64,000 nt of DNA from Trichoplax adhaerens (Eukaryota; Animalia; Placozoa): contig NW_002060947.1 in the NCBI RefSeq assembly GCF_000150275.1, forward strand, positions 6,525,648 to 6,589,647. Reading direction: 5' to 3'. A program made the translations under genes and the position numbers. The first letter of the stretch is position 1. Every line of letters starts with the position of its first letter. Below the pieces are notes generated by a model, which ran no database searches, was not told where the DNA came from, and saw nothing but the letters and a program-made list of their open reading frames with translations. Of the stretch, positions 14,212 to 28,800 are shown piece after piece.

Positions 14212-17200
14212 ACAGGTAAACTTAAATAAATATATAACAATGATATTCGATCGTAGAATAGTTTCTGACATAAATATGGTAGTCTATGTTTCTACTGGAT
14301 TGTATCAAACTGATATAATCACTTTACTGCTATGGTAATTTTAAATAAAGTGTACTTTATTTATCATCATCTAGCACTTAAAATAGTAGAATGTGATCAA
14401 TAAACGCTAATCAAGCGCTTAATTTCTAGGACTGAAATACAATAGGACGAAAGTCAACGTTTTTTATATAAAGATTGAATTATCGTGAAGTAGTCAGCTA
14501 TCCTATCCAGTCACTTTTACTATCCTTGAGATTACCGGAACAAAACAACTTGAAATAAAATTAGTAAAATATCACTATCAAAATTATATTTTATTTATAT
14601 AAACATATTTACACATGTGCACCAGTCTTAAGGCTGAAAATTCGCTGAAATAGCAGAAACAAATATAACACTTAAATTAGCCAATAGTAAATCTTTTAAT
14701 TAAATATACTAGTTTAGGGTAAAATATAATACGAATTTTTTGAAGAAAAATAGAACATTGAATTAAAATTGTAGAATCAAGTGCAGTATTAATAGATCAT
14801 TCACTACCTCTTACAAATTATAGAGCAAATTATGTTGCATATACATTCCGATAAAATATTTCCGATAATATCGCTGTAATTGCACGTTCAAACTTTAATT
14901 ATGACCAGATACAAAAGTTTCCTGAAAACCTTTTAGATCTAAAGATTTTTAAGCAAAAAAATTTTAGAAGTACCGCATAAAGATATTATTCCGGATATTG
15001 CTATTAATTTGAACCGTGTACTTTTAACTAGGTAGCTGTGTCTTGTTTCCCGTTTACTAAATAGCAAGGTAAACGGTAAGAGGTTAAGGATTTTTATTTC
15101 ATATTTATTGCTGAAATTCCGAGGGAAATTTCTCTACTCTGATAATTATAATATTTAGTTACCGGTAAACAACGTATGAAAATAAATAAAAATAGAGGTC
15201 ACTACAAAATTCTATTCCTGAATTAGTATCTAAAACGTCATTACATTAACTAAGCTGGGATCTATTTTGTATGGATTACTACAATTATTATTTCATACTT
15301 TGATTATAAAGAATTCAACAGCTACAAAAGAATAGCTTTAAAGTGAACTAAATAATGATGCTTTCTACCGAACACTTATAAAATTATAATTAATTAATCA
15401 GATAATTTATCAGTTGAATGCCTTATTTTTGTGGAAGGATACGATAGCTAGTCGATCCATTTAAACTTTAAAAATAAAGGGAGGCATTTTACAATTCAAG
15501 TTTGAATGCTTTAATTGGTATTGGAATATATTATATTTAATTATTAAACATTATTTGATATTCTAACTGGATTCAAATTTGATTTAAAATAAGAGCTTGT
15601 ATATCGGTACCAGTATATGATAAATATGTAGATAAAATATTGGTCACTTATCGGCAGCTATAAAAATCTGATTGTAATAGTAGCAATTATGAATTCTCAA
15701 ATCTCAATGCACTCACCTGGCTAGGAAATGATCGAGATCAGTTGTATTAACGTGTTTATTAGTAACCAAATGTTTACAGAAAACAAATATGCATTTGTTT
15801 TAATTACACAAAATTGATTTCAATATTAAATTCATAAATATGTATTTACAGGCCTTCACAACCAGTAGTGTTAGAGAAAATATTTGAATACGACTCACAT
15901 TTAAGATTTCATAAATACATTAGCATAAATAACAATTATAAAGGCTATTAATTAATAAATTTTATTAAAAAATTGTGGTATTAAATTATTATATATCAAG
16001 ATGGAGCATAGTGTTCAAGATGCTGGCAGAAATATAGAATGATACAATCTCCTTGCTTGCAAAATTTTATTTGCAGGATTTATTTTAGTACTATCAAAAA
16101 ATTATTGTTGAATCAAGGCATTCTTTTATGCAACTAATTAAGATGCATAAAGTTGATAATTGATTCATGCTAGTCTTTATTATTGCACTCAATCGCATCA
16201 TTCTACTGCAATGAAATATTATTTTGTCAGTTTGATAAGTCTGAGGATTTTATACTGTATAGCCTAAGAAGTAGACACTGCTCCCTACTTTTACAGACAG
16301 ATAATACAATACTGTAATGATTGTTAAATGAACATTGAATTTTCTAACGTAAACAAAAATAATATATTCTGGTTTATAATGTGCGTTTTATATTGTAGAA
16401 CATTCCTGAATAAATTGTAAAAACATTGTGATCTAGTTTGATTGGAATAACATCTGTTGACAGAAATTGAACATAAGCTTAATAGAGATAAATCGAGACA
16501 TCAATAACAAAGCTCGATGAAAGTCCTTTAATAAATTGATTTACCTACTTATTGTAGCAGTAGAGAATTGTGGCTATATATTAAATTAAGTTATGCATGA
16601 TTGATGATAATCTATATTCTGTACAATTTTGCTAATATCTACTTTTTTCAAGGCCATTGGATGTTATTTAGAAAAAAGACACTCAATAAATTCATCATTA
16701 TATTAGCAATAGGATAAATACATTTTCGCAATGTTTACTTAAAAACATTGCCATTTTTATACGTGCTTTAATTTAATTACTGCTACAGTTCAGAATGTAA
16801 GTAATAATAGATGGAGAGACACAAAATACTTATCGCTTCCACCTTAATAGTACCGAAATAATGATAATACAATATTAGAGACCAATTTAATAATTTAATG
16901 AAATGGAAAGCAATTTAGGTAATAATCTTTCACATCTGCATTGCACGATGTGATTCATCCCTTCTTATTTATAATTAAAAACGAACTATAAAGAAAATTT
17001 ATTAGAGTTCTTCCTCATATTGACTATTGGAACGTAATCAAAACCTGTTTCAGTATCATGTATCAATTTAATAGCGGAAAAATATCCACATTCTGAATGT
17101 AGTATTTGTTTTATATGACAAACAAAATCAGGAATACTGCACAATGAATGAACAATGGCTAGTTGAAATAGTCAACTGACTGAACATGACTAGTAACAAA

Positions 17201-18549
17201 TTCAAGCTTTGTTTATTTACAATATCATCCGTCCTGCATATTCAGCTAGAAATTGAATTATCTGCTAGACAACTACATTTTTAATTATATACAGTATATG
17301 TAACTGTTTATAATTATTCATGCTTGAGATGCATCAATAGTTATGATTATTATAATAAAGAACCGATATCGTTACAATATCTCATTATTATTCTATTAAG
17401 CACCGTATGTACTCCTTTACTGCTTTGCATGTTACATTAGAATTGAAGTTACTAGTATATTTGATTGATCATCCTTTTACTTTTAATGTACGCATAATTA
17501 TCTATACATTTGTAAGGATCTATTCCCACACCTTACTATGTTTACTGAATCATCTATATTGCTAGCTGAAAATTTTTCCTGACATCATCTTACAGCTTAC
17601 TGAAGTAGCTTAAAATGGAGATAATCCAAAAAAGGACACTGTTGATTTCAATTCATACGGTGTACAGACAGTATACTATAATTGATTAAGAATGCTAGAA
17701 CTAGAAATTTGATTGCATATACAATATTACTTTGTTATTTATTTTACCGTAGTTAGCAGCAGCGTATCTCCGTTTGTAACTACTTTTAATTAGCAGAGAT
17801 ATCGTTAATAATAATATAATTTAGTTTAAATAACAATAAAGGGGGAAATGCAACAAACCATGATTGTCATGATACTACTATAGCATATTCGCATTATTTA
17901 CTATAAAAATCTGGCATAATTGAATTCAATCTATTAAATTGCGAATAGAATAATTTACTATTGATTTATATCATCTATTTAGCCCCTACACATTATCAAT
18001 AATGTTTGATTATGGAATAATAATGTTCATATTACATTAAAATATGAAATTATATTGAAGATTGCAATTACTTATACTGTACTTTACTGCTTGCTTACAT
18101 AAATTTATTGCGAACCATATACCGATTACAATGCAGTATAGCAGGGTGGTCATTATCACGATATATAGAAGCAATATCAGATTTAAAATAAGTGAAAGTA
18201 ATATTATATGATCTAGTAAACAACACTGTTACGCTTGATTAGATTGAATAAATTTAAAATCTATCAATAATTAATGACGTAATATGCCATAAAATTTTTA
18301 ATTACAGGTTGATGAGAAAATCAAGACGTGATCATATCGTTTATACGAATATAATTTTTGATTTTAAATTTACACGTACAATCGTATCATCATGTAGCTA
18401 TATTTTAAATTTTTAACAAAGCAATAGATGAGTGTCGAAATACTGTAGATCAATTTAAATATACATTCTATATTCATTGTAATTTGAAAGGTGATAATTA
18501 CCTTAACGACTAATAAATAAGGAAAATTGTTACTACGAAATCGCGTTGT

Positions 18550-19623
18550 TTATACCAATGTACTTTTACTTTTTGAGGAGGCCATATAGGAAATTTCTGT
18601 AGCAACTTTGTTCGATTGATTTTCATTATTAAATAACTTCTTGGCTGATAATTGTCGGCTATGCATGTAAATAACTGTCCGAGTTGGTACACCATTCGGC
18701 TCATCAATTCGAATATCAAAGCCACATTTGATAAGCAATATTTTAATATTAAAGATGATTTCCTCTCGAATACTGTTGGTGTAATAAGTATAGAGAAGAG
18801 GATTGATAGCAGGATAAGAGAAAGAGATATACTGAGTTACTGTCAAAACATCTAATTGCGCTTGAGTTTTCTCTCTCAATTGTAAGGCAAAAAATGCAAT
18901 AACAAACGGCAACCATGTTATAATAAACAAACCAACAATAATGCTAATATGACATAATGTTTTACGCTTACGAACAAATGGACTATTGGTTTTACTAACC
19001 TTAGATTCACCTGACATTATTTTAGAAAATATACATGTATAAGTTGAAATTAAAATAGCTACAGGGAAGAAGAAAAAAACTGAAAAATAGATATAATACA
19101 TAATCAAGTTAGGTGCTTTATCTACTACTATGTAATTATTACAGCCATGTTGACGTATAGGTTGATAAGTCATTAACGGAATAAATGGAAATGATACCGT
19201 AAAAAACCATACTGTCAATAAAATCCAAGATAGTACTTTTTTACAGCAATATTGACGATGCCAAAATGGATATAAGATGATAATATAACGTTCTAAACTA
19301 ACTAAACAAACATGAAAATTTAAATTTAATAACAAGCCCTGACCAAGAGCAGGTAAAATTTGGCATAGAAATGGATCTCGATAAAAGATTGGGATGGTCC
19401 AACGTGGTAGTAAATAAAGTAATGCTATTAAAATACCAACAAAACACATGCTGGCTATGATATAATTCGATATTATACGTAGGCGTTTACAACTGACAAT
19501 CATTGAAAACAGAAAGATATTTGTTAACAATGTCATCACACCGATACTCCCCCATAACCCATGTTGAAATTCGAGGCTGCTTGAATTCGACTGGGCCTGA
19601 TTACTATAATTCTTCGATTCCAT
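18550..19623 (-). CDS. Intronless class A orphan GPCR, 357 aa, paralogue of 7429-8481
   Basis: 7TM; ERY; FIITWLPF; SYPAINPLLY; N-terminal sequons NYS and NSS. Shares LYLLPRW, LNLNFHV and PLMTY.PI with 7429-8481. Confidence 0.95.
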   Translation of the reverse strand: MESKNYSNQAQSNSSSLEFQHGLWGSIGVMTLLTNIFLFSMIVSCKRLRIISNYIIASMCFVGILIALLYLLPRWTIPIFYRDPFLCQILPALGQGLLLNLNFHVCLVSLERYIIILYPFWHRQYCCKKVLSWILLTVWFFTVSFPFIPLMTYQPIRQHGCNNYIVVDKAPNLIMYYIYFSVFFFFPVAILISTYTCIFSKIMSGESKVSKTNSPFVRKRKTLCHISIIVGLFIITWLPFVIAFFALQLREKTQAQLDVLTVTQYISFSYPAINPLLYTYYTNSIREEIIFNIKILLIKCGFDIRIDEPNGVPTRTVIYMHSRQLSAKKLFNNENQSNKVATEISYMASSKSKSTLV

Positions 19624-22600
19624 TTGATATTGAACTTATGCCAGACGATCTGATTAATGAATAACTACCATATTTCTTTTCATATTTTAAAAAGGAATAA
19701 AGAAAAATTTTATATATTAAGTAAAGCAAAACTAGGAAACGGAATATTTTAACTAACGATCTTGATCAATCTTGAATATTTTGAGAGAATGCTTGTCAAT
19801 GATCAAGGGATTTTATAGTCGCTTAGTGACTGTAATCAATTCAAATAATATTCTTAGATATTTTAAAATATAATTGGTAAATTTAAGCTTGCAATGATAT
19901 AGATAGGTCTAACATGTACACGCCAATCTCGGGAATGATGGTTTAGAAATTTTTATAATTACTCCTAATACCGATAGCAGCTTTTTAGAATGTTTAAAGA
20001 TAGCAACTCTAATGAAAAAATTTCGTTTTAGTTTACTAACTTTAGGTAATTGAATGTCTTATAAGCGTATAAATTTTCTAGAAATATTCATTACTAATCT
20101 TTACCTATAATAGACAACCAAATTGGCTTACATCGATATCGATTCCTGTTAAAAGGACTTGATGTATTACTTGATAGTAAAATTATCATTGCTTGTTAAT
20201 TAATAGCCATAATATCGATTCGACTGAGCAACAGCAGTATATCATTTGATATTTAACGATTGCTAGATAGAATTTCGAATTTTTGAATATTCTTGACCAA
20301 ATTGAATTAATGCTATCAAGCTTCCAAATTTTTCAAAGCGACTGCGAATTATGTAACCTCTGCCGGTACTTATTTGATTCTGAAACAATTATCTATTTGA
20401 TTTACTTGTATCCTAATAGCTCAATGATTAGACTTATAGATATAAATTATTAACCAAATGAAAATTTGTCTTCCAATAGAAATGGAAGCAGGTTAATACC
20501 AAGTAATGGCAACTAATAAATTTTAATGATGGTTGTGTGTAATTGAAAGCGCCACGAAACTTTCTTAGAATTCTATTTCCTCATGTAATTCTCCTAACCG
20601 ATTACTTGACCTGCAGCAGCGTTATCGATTAAATTAATTTATCACAGAGACAGAATGGATGGATAAAGCCGAATAGAGTAGGTAATAGCCTATTAGCTAT
20701 AATGTCTTGAAGTTAATAATGGCTAATTACTTAGTCAAACTGCAAATTATTCGGTCTAAATAGCCGTTGAACTAAATATTAAGAAAGATCGTCAGCAAAG
20801 TAAATAAGCTTAGAAAACTTTAAACTGGAAGGAAGCAAATAACACTTACGATCGACGAATCAAGTTACGGCATTATACTGTAGGTATCCGCTTATTTTAG
20901 GTTATATACTCCTTGCACAGTATTTTTAATAAGATAGGTCCGCCTAATAAATGATACGGTAGTTAATGTTGGGTAAGTAAAAATAATTATAGCATCATGC
21001 TAGCTTCTAATCATGATATTGAATAGAAGTTATTAATGAATAACAATAGATTTTTGAGTCTCCAATAAAATATGAATAGATCTTGTAGATTATAGAAAGA
21101 AGAGGTCAGAAGATAGCGTAAATTCAAAACAATGATTTTAAATCTTACATTAAATTGTATCTTGCATAGAATAGAAATAAAATCGATTTATTTATAATTT
21201 ATGTTGCCTTTTATATAGGTAATAGAATTTAAAAGTTTTACATCATTGCTTACAAAAAATGACAAAATACAAGGATATAATATATGTTATAGAAGAAATC
21301 AATTAAAGGTTAAAATTTCGTATTCATGTTCTCATTAAGGAAAGAATCAGATATATGAATACAATATCATAATATACCAATAGGTTCTATTCATGACTGC
21401 ATCATCTGTTTCGTTAATTTTTCTTTAATTTTACTTAATTTTAGATGACTCAAATGGGCTAAAAATATTTAATTTATCCTCTACAAATGTTTCCAAGCAT
21501 ATAGCGAAGTGATAAATGAGTCATAGTTATCGTCACCTGGATCGTTGAAATATCTAATCCATATAGGAATATCATTAGTAAATTCAAATGCTAATACAAA
21601 TTTGTTGAATATTTTATCCAATAACTCTTATCTCCTAGAATTTTATGTTATTCATAATTTGCAATATGCAACATTGTGTCATCAGAAGAAATTTATTTCA
21701 TATCTATACAGTACAATAAAATTGAGCCAACGTTTGGAACTGTTAAGCATATGATGAAGTGGATTTTATGTTATCGATTGAATCATTGCAGTGTTCAAGA
21801 TTAATAATTAGTAAATACAGACAAAATAATTTACGTCTGATCTAGGCAAATTATTTTTATAAATTATCAAATTGAATTAAATATAGTAATAAAAAACATC
21901 TTTCTAACAAATATAGGGCAATTTATGTGAGCATTATGATTTATTATGATATCAATTGTTTTAAGAGTGGATTTAGGAAAAAATTGATGGATAGAATACT
22001 GTGGTTAATAAAAATTATAGATTTCTGTAATGGCCACCAATTTAAATTTATAGCATCGATAGATTTTACATATGTAGCCACGATGAATGTAGTTTAAATT
22101 GCAGCGTTGTAATTGAGGAATATAATGATAGAAAGAAAACCTGCTGTCGTCTCCATAATTTTAACTCACGATTACTCTCTCAAGTACAGGTAGTGGCATT
22201 ACTTGACAAACATGTGCCTTCCCTGCAAAATTCAGCTTTCTTCTACAGTCTTACATCCTTTAAAACGAATTTTATTAAAATAATTTCATCCCAATCTATT
22301 GTATTCGTACGTATAAGTTTCGAAAAAGATTTACGGTTACTATTGAGACTAATTTTGTAAATTAGCTAACCTAATTCATCTACGGTTGTTTGTCGACAGC
22401 TTCCGAAATATGGCGATGAAAATTAACGGTAACATTAGACAATACTAGGTCATTCCGGTATTAAAAGATTTTAGAATTAAATGTACTGGATATCTTACAG
22501 AATAAAATATAATAAAATATCAATAATTAAAGTACTCTAACCCAACTAAATTAGCTGATTCAATATATATTTCCGATCCTAAAAAAATAATCAACAAGGA

Positions 22601-23517
22601 AAATTATTGCTTGACCTAATATTAGCCATTTACCAGTAAAATCTATCTACACATTGAAAGACTCAGCAGTAATCTTCCATTAAATTTTATATATGTATCA
22701 TGTTAATAAATATTAAAAGACGACTAATGCTACGTAGATCGGTTTTACAGGATGTTACTTATTTAGGTAATTCTTTGATATATAGCTTTGAATAGAATTT
22801 TATTAATTTATAATAATTGTCTGATGTGATAAATACTCAGTCTGTCGTACGATATTTTTGCCTACTATAAATTTGTATATATAATGAATAAAAGAAACAA
22901 TCCACATTATGTATGTGTATCATAAATAGGCTTATAGCAAGTCGTAAGAGTTAAGGCTGGTGAAACTGCACTACATTTTACAGTATGTGAGTGAGTCTAT
23001 AAATCTATAACTATTCATACTTTAAAGTCTAAGCAGTTATTAAATTTAAAATAGCGAATTTGCTTTCATACGGTTATTATAGTATCGTTCGTTGAATAAA
23101 CGATCTATACAATTGGGTTGCAAATTTTTCTAAAGTAAAATGCCATAATATTAACAAGAGAAAGTAAATGATTTGATAGTATTTGCGTTAGCATCCGTAC
23201 GGACTTGATGTCTACCATTTTGAATGTATCGTTGATATGACGAAATAGATCTGAGAAAAACGGTTAAAGTTGATGCTCTTTAAATATGTCTGATTGTGTT
23301 CCCAATATTAATTAATTATTTAGACCTTTATGTATTTTAGCCTATATTGCCTTCAATAAACAGTATATGATGTATTGTAGCTATGAGAACACCATAACCT
23401 AATAGTATTTGTTTAGTAACTCTACAAGCTTAGAATGAAATTATTACGTCAATTTTGAGACGTTTACAATATTTGCTGACATAATTGAATTAAACTTGTT
23501 CATAGACAATTATAGCT

Positions 23518-23872
23518 ATTATTTACTAGCTGTAATTTGAGTTGATAATCAGAAATGCTATTGATCATGATTTAAATGCGCTCTACTTATAAGTATGATA
23601 CAAAACGTTAACTGGTGCGCAACAATGATGGCCATTAGGTCCAGTGTGTTAAGATTCAGTTAATTCAATTAATTATTACTAAACACTCGTTCCTATATTT
23701 ACTAGCTGTAATTTGAGTAGATGATTCGAAATTCTATTAATCATGACTTAAAAGCGCTCTGCATAAAAGCGTGATACCAACGTTGATTGAAACACAATAA
23801 TTGTCGCTATTAAGTCCGGTGTGTTAAGATTTAGTTAATTTAATCATTACTATATGCTCATTCCTATATTTA
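23518..23872. repeat. Tandem duplication, ~176 bp x2
   Basis: tatttactagctgtaatttgagt...gtgttaagatt.agttaatt at ~23520 and ~23696. Confidence 0.75.
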
Positions 23873-25837
23873 ACTTGCAATCTTTTGATTACTAAATGAT
23901 TAACTTATAGGCTAAAAAAAATAATACTTTATACTCTATTCTAAATTAGTGACATTAGAACCAAAGCTAGATATCACTAAGTAATACTGCTACACGTATA
24001 GTAGAAATCTTGTTAGACTTTACTGATATATTTAAGGGTCATTAATTGAAATTTTGATAAGAAATCATTTGTGATAGAACAGAAAAAGGTCAAGCTGTCG
24101 CTTTCTGATGGCATGAATGTTAACTGGAATGACTAACGGGTTTCTAATAATTAGCGACCTATGGCGCGTATTGATAGAATTAAAAGTTAAACAATGTCGG
24201 ACAGTATTATTTGATGATATAAAAAATGTAGAAGCAATAATTATTCAATCAAAAATAAAGCCGAAATGACTTAATTTTGAGTTAGCACTTCTCAAAAGCT
24301 AGATTATATGCTGATGTGATATTTAGAGATCCTTAACAGAGCTTAAGAGACATAGCCAGATGTAATCTACTTGTCAGGATCCTTTATTTACGTGCTTAAC
24401 CTAGATCTTTTGGGACGAAGCTTATTTGATAAAACTAATACAAAACGCATGTTCACTTTCATAAAATTGAAGCGTTAGACACCAGATGAAATCTGAAATT
24501 GCTTCATCATAAATATGTTGAATTAACTGTATTTTGGATAAGTACTTTTTAATAGCAATGTCATAAAGCTACGGCTACTAAAAATATTTTGCTCGTATAA
24601 AATTCAAAATGTAATTGATTAACTTTATTCGCTGGGATAGCTTTACAAACCACAGTATACCTATTTCTTTAAGTTGAAGATATATTCATCAAAATGATTG
24701 GATAACTGTCATTCGCCTTCGTAACTTACGATATTACAGGTAAATATCGATAATGTATAGAAATAAACTGAATAGGGATAATTAATAAGCGAGCGCAATA
24801 TTAATATCTTGCAGTATTGTCTATACAGTAAGATAGACATCTCATAACTAATTTAAAAGTCTACTATAAATAATTATAATCAAGCGAAATCCGCTTACCA
24901 GGGTGTCTGTTGTTATGAACTACATCAGTCTTTTTAAAATGAGGTTTTAGCGACAATGAAAGAATGGTACGAACTTTCATGAACATAAAAGATCACGAGA
25001 AGTTAAAATTCACAAATTATTCGATCAAAATATGCTGAAATGATTGCCTTTCGTGTAATTACTTATTAAAATATAGTACAATTTTACAAAAGTGTCTAAA
25101 AAAATTTTAAACAAATTTAGAAGCATAAAATGCATAGTAACATGAAGTCTAGCTATCAGAATGTATCACTCACAAATGACGCGTATATCTATCGTAATTT
25201 GTTTTGAGATAAGAATTATCTGATCGAACGAATCAAAATTTCACTGGACACTTTGGTAACATATGCTTTCAGAAAGTAGATTTAAGGATTTTCCATTCTG
25301 CAAATCATTTTAAAATTTTATTTTCAAAAGTTTTTATTATTGACATTTTTAACAAATTTGGCTGCAGCAAATGTATTCCAGTAATTACAAAATACAGGCA
25401 ATAGCTGCCTTGTCATTTACCATTTTGGAACAAGTCGTAATAATTGAACTCTTCGTAATCATTTTAATCTTGTGAACAGATCAGACATGACATCAAAAGT
25501 ACGCTAAAAATAGTATTATCTCAAAATACTTTCTATCAGATTCACTTGATCTTACGAAATACGAATAGTTCTTAAAATTGCTACTGTGAGTTGAAGAAAC
25601 AAAATATTTGAGTATTTCCGAGTACAAATTTCATAGAAATTATTCAATCATGGCGCAAAGATCGTACTTGCTACCCGTAGAAATAACTTATAAAATATAA
25701 AATGGTAGAATAAATATTAAACAACTAATTACAGCACACTTTCATACGAAAGTGAAAGAATATAGTTTATACGTACATCGTGTTCAGGTGAACTATAATA
25801 TTTTTTCACTTTTTTGTAATTACAAAGTATTGACGTT

Positions 25838-28800
25838 TCATTTATTAAGGTGATGCTGTATTTTTTCAATTGCGTCTTTAATATTAGAATTTTTATTAAT
25901 TTTACAATATTCACCTTTACTAGTACTAAGAATAAATAGCCAATCCGTTGTAATTTCCGTAAGTAGCCTTAAATGTGATTCTACAGCATCTGTAATAAAA
26001 TTGTAATAAAAGTTTGCGATAAGAAAGATATACTCATATGCTACGATAATATTCCAGTAGTTATGTTGATGTAGTCACCTGCAGACAAACTTGGACTGTA
26101 ACTTTCGGATACCTTTTCACAAACCGCAGGTACAGGCATAGCAATTTTCCGTTCGATAAGAAAGTGACTATTACCAATATTAGAATACATTTTCAGGATA
26201 AAGTCCAGTGGATAAATACGCTTATACAACGTAATTGTTACATACTTACTTTTTAATTATGTTACATATATTTGGCAGTCGTCCTAACATTTCAAACTTT
26301 TTCTGCTCGCTCGGAGATCGAGTGAGTTGCTCTTTCATATTCTGGACTTCCTTTTCTCTAATCTACGTTTATAAGTCACGGATTAGTAAAGTTAATTTCG
26401 TTCGCATATGTACACAGAGTGGAAATTTCGGAAGAACCTTATCAATTAAGGATTGTGGTACACCCTTAAGGATTTTTGATAGATGACGGCTATCATTCTG
26501 TGTATGCAAAGAATGTGGTAAGTTGTATTCAACAATTGCGGACAAATAAAATCAAGTTAGTGCGAGGCAGACGACAATAAACAAGATAAAATAATCTTTA
26601 ATTCAATGACTATCCCATATTAAATTAGCTTAGTTTTGCTAACATTAGTATCGGCGAGTTCTCCTGCATTTTTGCTACAGTAACTATCCTCGATAGGAGT
26701 CTCTGCGTTAATGTCTTTACCACGAGAGAGTTTTTCTAAAGCCGAAATCGCCTAATTAAGTAGAAAGATAATATGAAATCAAGTTGAATCGCAACTCGGA
26801 TAATACAACTTCAAGCCGGCATCATGTCAGTAGTCTCACTTTTGGCTGTAGGAAGCTACGAGCTTTCTTGAGAACGTCTTTCGCCGTATTATAAGTTTCT
26901 ACTTTCGGTGGGCTTGGTAATTCAGCCTCACATATATCGGGAACCTTATCAAGCTTAAAACTTGGATGCCATCTCTTGATATCGGTTATTGTCGATAGCG
27001 CTGGATTGATGTTATGAAGGAATTTCTGAATCAAGAAATTACGCATGATTAGAAAATTTTGACAGGATGCACTCGTATTACATAATTATTACTATACAGT
27101 TGAAAGATAAATTATGTCTTATGTGTCAACAATACTTTGTCAGCGTGTCACATACTTTATGATGATCTTTTACAATCCTTATTAAATTGTCTCGAAATGT
27201 TGTCTGCCTTTGAATTAGCGTTGATACAGTAATCTTGCTAATGATTTCTCTTCCCCTTGCTATAAATGCGAAAGTAAAGATAGATTATGTAATTTAGAGA
27301 TTTTCATAACACACACTGCATCTGTACACGTACACATATACAAACATCGGTGTCAGTGTACTCGTATAAATGAAATTTAATATTATGGCTAGAAAATTAC
27401 TAGATTGAGACCCATGACTAGCGTCTTCGGAGCCAAAGTTAATGGTCAGGTCGTAACTAGATGATGTATTCGTGTTCTGTGTCTTATCTTTTGCTAATCC
27501 TCTTTCCTGTTCGAAGACGTAAGCCTTCGGATAAACCGTCTTAATCTGAGCTAAATGCTTCAAGTCAAAGTTTCTGTTGATTCAAAAGAAAAGAATATTA
27601 CAAAAGCGTGAGTCAATACAAGTAATAATAATATATTTAATTTTTACTGTAAATGCGCTGTTAGTTTACAGTTCATAAGGAAAAAAGTACAATTTCAACA
27701 GCCAATTTCATCCTTATTTAATACTTACTTTTTACAAAATCTTTGTACCGCCGGTTTAAGCTTGCTAAATGTACAAACTTCATTTCTATTATGCAATAGA
27801 TTGACAACGGTGTCGATACTATGAAAAATTTCATACAGATCACTGAACTTGCTTGGTATTGGTAATGAAGCATCTGCTGGCTCAGGAGTAATGAGATTTT
27901 GGTATTTTTTATATGCTGGAATACTTTTACTGCAAATAGAAATACGTTTTCATAGCACTGTTAACAAATTTCACCTAATCAGAATCCTATATCATAACCA
28001 AAAGCTTATTTATTAACCAGTTTCGTTAGTATGCAACTTGTATGAAAATATAGACTTTTTCAATTCAAGAATTCACTAATTCTAAAATTATTAGCAACTG
28101 AAGCACTAGTCTATGAAGAAGTAGTAGAAATCAGGCATTGCTTGACCAGATCATAATGATTCCTTATGACCTATAGGATACTGTAAGTACGTATGATGAT
28201 GCAGTACAGTAATTGTGTTATCAATCATACGTGCAGCTAACCTTGTAGAACTAGCTAATAACCGTCCACGTGAACGACTAACATCTTGTTTGCTTTCAGT
28301 AGATTTATTGGAATTCGCTTCAACAGCAGCACCACTGATATCATCCTTGCGCTGGCGCTATATTTTAAAAAGTTTTGAATTTAATTTTCGTGCGTAAGCA
28401 TGGTCAAGCTGTAAAATTTCGAGACTATTCAATAGGATATTTAGAGGAAATATAAAGTTATTACCTTAGTTTTTGTCTCGGTATTATTTGATAATGACGA
28501 GCTTTGCAGTTTTCGCTTTTGACCTGGGGAATTCAATGGCGATTCCGCTGTTGCCTTCTCTGGTTGCTGGTTTATAACATCTGAGGTGGTTTGGCACTTT
28601 GATTCATTCCTTTGATCATTTATATTATCATTAGTGGTTAATTTTACGGATACCGTTGAACGAGTTGATGGACGTTTACTTTCAGAACGATCCTGTACAG
28701 GTGCTGTATTATCTTCGTTATAGATTCTATTGCACATAAAGCATGAAAAATTGAGCACTAAGATATTTAGGCTTTGCCCTAGCTTTTAACGAAGGTGTTT

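Noticed and set aside
24400-24560. TPR-like peptide YDEAISDF on the minus strand
   Set aside because: Single short match, bounded by stops, with no supporting exons.
25729-25990. Apparent frameshift in the Cdt1 last exon / ORF 25729-25914
   Set aside because: Careful reading gives a continuous frame DWLFILSTSKGEYCKINK to TGA at 25838. The listed ORF is an alternative-frame artefact.
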